Assembly (NCBI GenBank): GCA_963674945.2
Contig: CAXXWQ010000003.1
Location: 128,001 to 192,000, forward strand
Source of the DNA: an uncultured Desulfosarcina sp.
GTDB lineage: Bacteria > Desulfobacterota > Desulfobacteria > Desulfobacterales > Desulfosarcinaceae
Length of the DNA stretch: 64,000 bases
Reading direction: 5' to 3'
Shown here one piece after another: positions 58,150 to 64,000 of the stretch (the first letter of the stretch is position 1; each line of letters begins with the position of its first letter). Position numbers and translations under genes: made by a program. The notes beneath the pieces are model-generated. The model had not been told where the DNA came from. It saw only the letters and a list, made by a program, of their open reading frames with translations, and made no database searches.

Positions 58150-59168
58150 GTGTAGTAGGAACGGTACCAGCTTACAAATTGTTCAATACCCGCCGAAAGG
58201 GATGTGGACGGCTTAAACGCCACATCCGCGATAAGATCATCCACATTTGCATAGGTGGCCGGTACGTCTCCCGGTTGAAGATCCATGAAATTCTTGATGG
58301 CCTTTTCGCCAAGGGCCTCTTCGATGGCCTTGATGAAATCCAGGAGTTCTACGGGATTGTTGTTACCGATATTGTAGATCTTGTACCTCGCGTAGGAGGA
58401 TCCCGGATCCGGGGCGTCACCGGACCAATGGGGATTTGGTTCGGGAACCGTCTCCATTACCCGGACGACCCCCTCGACGATGTCATCGATATAGGTGAAA
58501 TCGCGTTTCATCTTCCCGTGGTTGAAGACATCGACGGGCCTTTTTTCGAGTATGGCCTTGGTAAAGAGAAACAGGGCCATGTCCGGGCGTCCCCAGGGCC
58601 CATAAACAGTAAAAAATCTAAGCCCCGTGCATGGCAGATCGAAAAGATGGCTATAGGTATGGGCCATCAACTCGTTGGCTTTCTTGGAAGCCGCGTACAG
58701 TGATACCGGGTGATCCACATTGTGATGAACGGAAAACGGCATCTTCGTGTTGGCGCCGTAGACCGAACTGGACGAGGCAAAGACCAGGTGTTTTACCCCA
58801 TGATGCCTGCAGCATTCCAGTATGTTGACAAATCCTACCAGGTTGGATTGCACGTATGCATGAGGGTTCGTCAAGGAGTATCGAACCCCGGCCTGTGCGG
58901 CGAGATTGACAACGATTTCCGGATCATTTTCCTCGAAGATTCTTTCCAGTTCCTCTTTTTCGGCAAGATTCGTCTTGGAAAAAGTGAATCCGGGTTCGGA
59001 TTGCAGGACTTTGAGCCGATCATGCTTCAAGTTCGGATCGTAGTAATCATTGATATTGTCCACGCCGATGACGCGGCATCCGTTGTCGAGAAGCCGTTTG
59101 GCGAGATGAAATCCGATGAATCCGGCAGCACCCGTGACGAGGGCTTTTTGATATTGCAAACGCATCAT
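58146..59168 (-). CDS. NAD-dependent epimerase (UDP-glucuronate 4-epimerase-like)
   Basis: [46 protein letters not shown]. Confidence 0.92.
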   Translation of the reverse strand: MMRLQYQKALVTGAAGFIGFHLAKRLLDNGCRVIGVDNINDYYDPNLKHDRLKVLQSEPGFTFSKTNLAEKEELERIFEENDPEIVVNLAAQAGVRYSLTNPHAYVQSNLVGFVNILECCRHHGVKHLVFASSSSVYGANTKMPFSVHHNVDHPVSLYAASKKANELMAHTYSHLFDLPCTGLRFFTVYGPWGRPDMALFLFTKAILEKRPVDVFNHGKMKRDFTYIDDIVEGVVRVMETVPEPNPHWSGDAPDPGSSYARYKIYNIGNNNPVELLDFIKAIEEALGEKAIKNFMDLQPGDVPATYANVDDLIADVAFKPSTSLSAGIEQFVSWYRSYYT

Positions 59169-59491
59169 CCTTTTCCTCAGAATTGTTATTTTCGGTTTCG
59201 GCTGGAAGTTTGACAGACGATTCATTGAAGTAACCGGAAAAATGTAACATTGCAACGCCCGAAAAACTTCATTTTCGCAGATCGTAGCAGCGATCCCTGG
59301 GATATGCAATTGATCCGTCAGCCATTTTCCATCCATGGACAATTTTCTTATCGGCAAGTCAGAGAAGGACGTAATTCGGACCGATGACGAAAATTGTGTA
59401 AAAAACTTGCCATTTGCAACACATTCGTATATATCACTCAAAATATCCGATAATATCCTAATTATATCAATTTTATGCATAAGAGGCTGAA

Positions 59492-59863
59492 ATGAAAAAG
59501 CCTTTCAAGCTCTTGATCATCGATGATGCCGAAGAGATTCTCACTGCACTGACCAATTTTTTCACTCAGAAAGAGTATGACGTCACCGCAGCCGCAAATG
59601 GTCTTGAAGGGCTGAAACATATCGAGTCCGAAGATGCTCATTTCGATTTAATCATCACCGATCTCGTTTTGCCCAACATCAGCGGTGTCGCCATTATCTC
59701 CATCGTTAAGAAAAAACTTCCCCACACACCAATCATCGCCATCACCGGTTGGGGGGAACATCCGGAATCTCTGGCAAAAGAAGCCCATGCCGACTACGTT
59801 CTGGAAAAACCATTTAAACTGCCTGAGCTGGAAAAGCTCGTGGAAGAGCTATTGAATCGATGA
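59492..59863 (+). CDS. Single-domain response regulator
   Basis: IIDD, TDLVLP, ITG, KPF. Confidence 0.9.
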   Translation: MKKPFKLLIIDDAEEILTALTNFFTQKEYDVTAAANGLEGLKHIESEDAHFDLIITDLVLPNISGVAIISIVKKKLPHTPIIAITGWGEHPESLAKEAHADYVLEKPFKLPELEKLVEELLNR

Positions 59864-60918
59864 GTACGAATTCCAAATCAATGATGGGGCCGCCTATAAT
59901 CGGTGTGAGCAAAAACATCGTTCGGGTACGTGAACTGATTGAACATGTTGCCAGCACCGGATTGAATACGGTGGTTTTTGGTGAAAGCGGTGTCGGCAAA
60001 GAAGTCGTTGCCCAAAACCTGTACCAGAAATCTCCCCGTGTGGGAAAGCCATTCATTAAGATCAATTGTGCCGCGCTTCCCGAGGGGCTATTGGAAAGCG
60101 AATTGTTCGGTTACGAACGCGGTGCCTTTACCGGAGCGGAACAAAAGAAGAAGGGCAAATTCCAGCTCGCCCACAGCGGTGTTTTGCTGTTGGATGAAAT
60201 CGGCGACATGTCCCTTCCCCTTCAGGCGAAACTGCTCCATGTGCTTCAAAGTGGAGGAGAATTCTCACCTTTGGGTTCCGAAAAAGAGGTCAGGGCGGAT
60301 ACATGGGTAATTGCCGCCACCAATCACGACCTGAAAAAAGACATCGACGAAGGACGTTTTCGCGAAGATCTCTATTATCGGCTCAATATCATCAAGATCC
60401 ATCTGGCTCCTCTTCGGGAACGGCCGGAAGACATCCCCCCCTTGATCGATTACTACATCAATGAGTATGCGACCATGCTCAAGAACAGGCCCATCGAAAA
60501 ACCGAGCCCCACTGTAATCAATCGGTTGTGCGCCTACCGATGGCCGGGAAATGTTCGGGAATTACAGAACGTCCTCAAGCAGATGCTGGTACTCGGTGAT
60601 TGCAATCAGATCGTCGACGAGCTCTTGGCCGATGAAAACAGCCTTTCCCCTGCGAAGACGGATTTGGCGGGAAAAGGACATGGCGCCTCTTTGACTCGTC
60701 TTCTCGACCTGGACGGAAAAAATTCGCCGGACAGCCCCACCTTCTCGCTCAAATCCGCCAAGAAGGAAGCGGTAGAAATGGTAGAACGGGAAATTATCTC
60801 GCACGTTCTCTCAAAAACCGATTGGAACAGAAGCAAAGCATCAAAAATACTCAAAATAAGCTACAAGACGCTTCTTTACAAAATCAGTGATCTTGGAATC
60901 GAACCACCGGAAAAATAG
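59860..60918 (+). CDS. Sigma54-dependent activator lacking an N-terminal sensory domain
   Basis: GESGVGKE, GAFTGA, LDEIG, WPGNVREL, HTH; ATGA overlap with the REC gene. Confidence 0.92.
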   Translation: MSTNSKSMMGPPIIGVSKNIVRVRELIEHVASTGLNTVVFGESGVGKEVVAQNLYQKSPRVGKPFIKINCAALPEGLLESELFGYERGAFTGAEQKKKGKFQLAHSGVLLLDEIGDMSLPLQAKLLHVLQSGGEFSPLGSEKEVRADTWVIAATNHDLKKDIDEGRFREDLYYRLNIIKIHLAPLRERPEDIPPLIDYYINEYATMLKNRPIEKPSPTVINRLCAYRWPGNVRELQNVLKQMLVLGDCNQIVDELLADENSLSPAKTDLAGKGHGASLTRLLDLDGKNSPDSPTFSLKSAKKEAVEMVEREIISHVLSKTDWNRSKASKILKISYKTLLYKISDLGIEPPEK

Positions 60919-60919
60919 T

Positions 60920-62134
60920 TCAGCCGTTCACCTTCATTATCAATCGGAATCCCAGTGCCGGCCCAAATAGCTCCGGATCGAAACGAAATCGGCGGGTGCA
61001 CCGCACACTCCAGGCATCCAGATGCCAGCTTCCCCCTCGAATCACACGATCCTGTCCGTCCCGGGTACATACGGGATCGATCTTTTCGTGGTATTGATAG
61101 GCCTGCTCCCGATAGTAATCACGGCACCACTCCCACACATTCCCGCTCATGTCGAAAAGTCCCAAACCGTTTGGCGTCTTTGCGGCCACCGGTGAAGTTC
61201 CGCCGGCACTGTTCTCCCTATACCACGCCACGGCATCGACATCGTCTCCACCGGCATACCGCTGTTTTTTTCCTGCACTGCGCGCGGCGTATTCCCACTG
61301 GGCCTCCGAGGGAAGACCGAATGATATGCCCGGAGGCGAAGCCGCGTTGAGCCTTTCGATGAAGCGCATCGCGTCGGAAAAGGTTACCTGTTCGACGGGA
61401 TGGTCTCCACCGATGAAATTGGATGGATTCTCCTCCATAAGGCGAAGCCATTGGGCCTGGGTCACCGGGCAGGTCGCCATGTAAAAGGGGGAAAGCTGTA
61501 TCTCATGCACCGGTTGTTCATCCGCTATTCCCTCTTCGAAGCCGTCTCCCATGAAAAAGGTGCCGCCGGGAACATGTACGAAGCAAATACCCGTGGTCGT
61601 CTCTGTAAATGGTTTACCATCTTCTCGTAGGAAAGCGGTCCTTTTTTTTTCATCGGTGCATCGGCCACTGTCCTTTACCACCGGTTCAGAATTGATGGTT
61701 CCGGTGGATTCTGCGACGAGCCGCAGCCAAGCGTATGCAAAGGCAAATGAACTTCTGGTACGTTGCCCCCCCTTCTCCCCTTCACGGAACCATTTTTTTA
61801 GGAGATCGAAATTGACAGCCGAAGCGAGTCCAAGAGATTTTCCGAATTCCTCTTCAAACAGGCCGAAGACCTCACCACGGACGAAAAGTTCGATGATTTT
61901 TTCGCAATCAAAGGTTTTAAAATCCGCATCTTCGCCGCCGATGGCAATCTCTAACGCCACCAGTCTCGTTACAATCGAAGGTGCGACCGCCCCCCGCACC
62001 CTGGTATAAATCGCCTGGAGAACTGCGGATAAAGCCGCTTTCAGGGATGATTCCATGCGGTTCGTATCATCGCAGCACAGGCGATCTTCGACCTCGGCCA
62101 AAAGGTCCTGTATGGATTTCGATCTCGTGGTCAC
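60920..62134 (-). CDS. FGE-sulfatase (SUMF1) domain protein with helical N-terminal extension
   Basis: GGTFFMG, PVT, LPSEAQWEYAAR, DMSGNVWEW, RGGSW, GFR; GTG start overlaps the mtaB stop. Confidence 0.85.
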   Translation of the reverse strand: MTTRSKSIQDLLAEVEDRLCCDDTNRMESSLKAALSAVLQAIYTRVRGAVAPSIVTRLVALEIAIGGEDADFKTFDCEKIIELFVRGEVFGLFEEEFGKSLGLASAVNFDLLKKWFREGEKGGQRTRSSFAFAYAWLRLVAESTGTINSEPVVKDSGRCTDEKKRTAFLREDGKPFTETTTGICFVHVPGGTFFMGDGFEEGIADEQPVHEIQLSPFYMATCPVTQAQWLRLMEENPSNFIGGDHPVEQVTFSDAMRFIERLNAASPPGISFGLPSEAQWEYAARSAGKKQRYAGGDDVDAVAWYRENSAGGTSPVAAKTPNGLGLFDMSGNVWEWCRDYYREQAYQYHEKIDPVCTRDGQDRVIRGGSWHLDAWSVRCTRRFRFDPELFGPALGFRLIMKVNG

Positions 62135-63462
62135 ACCAGCTTCCCCCAAGGCACAACACCCCTTGAAAGTCTTTCAATCCGAACCGATTGAAAAGAGTTG
62201 CAAAGTTCATCGTCCCCGTGGAAATGGACGGGGATGTAATTTTCCGTCAACCCCTTCAGACAGCCGCTTGGCCGAACCCTCGTTGTTTCCACCAGTACCT
62301 TTACCGAGGATCCGACCCGATCCTCGTAAAACCGCTTTCTTTTTTCCGTTCCCAACCGTCGCATATGTTGACAACGGTCCTTGATTACCGGAGGCGGCAA
62401 TTGATCGGAAAAAGAAAAGGCCGGCGTTCCCTCACGGGCCGAGAAGGGAAACACATGCAGGTAGGCCACCGGGAGGGAGCGGATCAGCTCATAGGTTTGA
62501 ACAAAGGCTTCGTCCGTTTCTCCGGGAAAGCCGATGAGTGTGTCCACACCAATGGCGGCATCCGGCAACCGGTGGGCGATGGTCTGCACCAGACTGTAAA
62601 AATATGTGCGGTCATAGGGGCGGTGCATCCGCTTGAGAACTGTGTCGTCACCGCTTTGAAGCGGAATGTGAAAGTGGGGGCAAAGCCGTCCGGGGACATC
62701 CCCGTTAGCATCTGCAAGACCAATGATATCCTTTGATAATTCCCCGGGCTCTATGGAACTGACACGAATGCGGTCGACGGAACCGGCTTCGCGAATCCGG
62801 CACAACAGATCGTACAGATTCGTGGCCGGTGTCAGGTCCTGGCCATAGCAGCCGATGTGAATGCCCGTAAGAACGACTTCCCGGTAGCCGCGCACCCCCA
62901 ATTGCGCAATCTGCGCCAACACCTGCTTTTCGGGCAGGCTGCGGCTCCTTCCCCTGGCATAGGGGACGATGCAATAGGTGCAAAAGGCATCGCATCCATC
63001 CTGGATCTTCAAGAAAGGACGGGTTCGTCCACCGTGGGCGATGGATGGCATCGGTTCGAAACGACGACTGTCTTTCACTGCCGACGGCGTAACAGGTACC
63101 GGCGGTGCGAAATCCTGATCGAGAAGGGCCAGGATCGTTTGGGGGATGCGATGTTTGTCCACGTTGGCGACGACAAGGTCCACGCCTTTGATGGCCGCGA
63201 TCTCTTCAGAGGCGGTCTGGGCATGGCAGCCGGTGACCACGACGCGTGCCTTCGAATGATTTCGAATCACCTGCCGAATGACCTGGCGACTCTGCATGGC
63301 AGCCTTGCGAGTCACCGTGCAGGTATTGACAATCACCACGTCGGCCTCGTCATTTTCGTTGGCAATCTCCCCCTTTTTCGATTCCAACAGTGCGGTCTGG
63401 ATGGCTTCGGACTCGCACTGATTGACCTTGCAGCCCAGAGTTTTGATAAGAATCTTTTTCAT
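62131..63462 (-). CDS. mtaB: tRNA threonylcarbamoyladenosine methylthiotransferase (radical SAM)
   Basis: TLGCKVNQ, NTCTVT, CDAFCTYC, HIPLQSG, GFPGET. Confidence 0.93.
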   Translation of the reverse strand: MKKILIKTLGCKVNQCESEAIQTALLESKKGEIANENDEADVVIVNTCTVTRKAAMQSRQVIRQVIRNHSKARVVVTGCHAQTASEEIAAIKGVDLVVANVDKHRIPQTILALLDQDFAPPVPVTPSAVKDSRRFEPMPSIAHGGRTRPFLKIQDGCDAFCTYCIVPYARGRSRSLPEKQVLAQIAQLGVRGYREVVLTGIHIGCYGQDLTPATNLYDLLCRIREAGSVDRIRVSSIEPGELSKDIIGLADANGDVPGRLCPHFHIPLQSGDDTVLKRMHRPYDRTYFYSLVQTIAHRLPDAAIGVDTLIGFPGETDEAFVQTYELIRSLPVAYLHVFPFSAREGTPAFSFSDQLPPPVIKDRCQHMRRLGTEKRKRFYEDRVGSSVKVLVETTRVRPSGCLKGLTENYIPVHFHGDDELCNSFQSVRIERLSRGVVPWGKLV

Positions 63463-63556
63463 TTCATAATTTGACGGCTTCGTAAAAAGCCCGATATCGG
63501 CGCTACGCTTCATCCAACTCTTTAGGAGTTTATCAAAATGTAGCGAAACCGGGGTA

Positions 63557-63692
63557 ACGATGCATAGATGGTAGATTGTGGTTCAGGCCAAGGCCGTAGA
63601 CTTTTTCAACCGGAGGCGTAGCGACAACTACGTTGAGGATTGAAAAAGTCGAGAACGACGGCCTGGGCCGTAAGATGCCGTCTCTGCATCGT
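63557..63692 (+). repeat. About 135-nt imperfect palindrome (REP/MITE-like or structured RNA) between mnmA and mtaB
   Basis: Nested arms cgatgca/tgcatcg, agatggta/tgccgtct, ggttcaggcc/ggcctgggcc, gactttttcaa/ttgaaaaagtc, cgtag/ctacg. Confidence 0.75.
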
Positions 63693-64000
63693 CACATTGA
63701 GGCAATCCAGCCGCCACCGACGACTTCATCCCCCCGATAAAAAACAGCCCCCTGCCCCGGCGTCACGGCGGCCTGGGGATCATGGAAGCGAACCGTTGCC
63801 TCTGTTGCCCCCACCACCGTCACCGTGGAGGCCACCGCCTTGTGACGGTATCGAATTCGGAGATCGAGCACTGCCTGGCCGGCAGGGCGATCGCCGATCC
63901 AGTTTATATCGGTAATCCGGCATCCGATGGCGTACAATTGATTCTTTTGTCCCACCACCAGACGGTTTCTCTCCGGATCGATGGCAAGCACGTAATATGC
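63692..64000 (-). CDS. mnmA: tRNA 2-thiouridylase MnmA, C-terminal part (5'-partial)
   Basis: N.LVVG, RIRYRH, AVTPGQGAVFY, GGGWI. Confidence 0.9.
   Translation of the reverse strand, partial: AYYVLAIDPERNRLVVGQKNQLYAIGCRITDINWIGDRPAGQAVLDLRIRYRHKAVASTVTVVGATEATVRFHDPQAAVTPGQGAVFYRGDEVVGGGWIASM

Noticed and set aside
59300..59412. Sigma54 or sigma28 promoter for the epimerase
   Set aside because: Candidates miss invariant bases (TGGC-N-TTAC lacks the -12 GC; GCCGATAA lacks a TAAA -35)
55330..62134. Ergothioneine pathway (GCS2 as EgtA, FGE domain as EgtB, Ntn domain as EgtC)
   Set aside because: No EgtD, no DinB-like metal-binding domain recognised, AsnB is a full synthetase, and the genes lie in different operons
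1..64000. CRISPR arrays, tRNA/rRNA genes, transposases or integrases
   Set aside because: None recognised by eye; short ncRNAs could be missed without covariance searches

Overview
A gene-dense window from a bacterium that gene content suggests is an anaerobic Desulfobacterota (Desulfobacterales-like); this is inferred, not searched. It holds about 49 CDS, and I found no rRNA, tRNA, CRISPR array or transposase. Order: NarL-type two-component pair, ABC/TAXI-TRAP uptake genes and a USP; an orphan TPP-dependent E1 alpha/beta pair; DUF169 and MarR; a sigma54 activator facing a flavin disulfide reductase. Next is the standout, a 7.8-kb enediyne-type (PKSE-like) iterative type I PKS. Its apparent architecture is KS-AT-ACP-ACP*-KR-DH-PPTase plus two fused hot-dog thioesterases, with no enediyne E3/E4/E5 or tailoring genes nearby. 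It is preceded on the same strand by a 6-TM hybrid histidine kinase and a PilZ gene, each behind a sigma28-like promoter. Then follow a YhaO/YhaN nuclease-ATPase pair, a truncated aqpZ, an aminotransferase/MFS/KdnB-like block, a Mo/W cofactor operon, a protease, rsmG, a PAS-GGDEF-EAL protein, hisA and a thiolase/hydratase/HMG-CoA-lyase-like operon. The end holds mobB, galE, a sat-cysC fusion with a degenerate sulfurylase site, an ABC-2 transporter, HDOD, an asnB + minimal GCS2 ligase pair, an epimerase, a split REC/sigma54 activator, an FGE-domain protein, mtaB and partial mnmA, with a long G-U-rich hairpin between the last two. All calls come from motif recognition by eye; start codons are best estimates.
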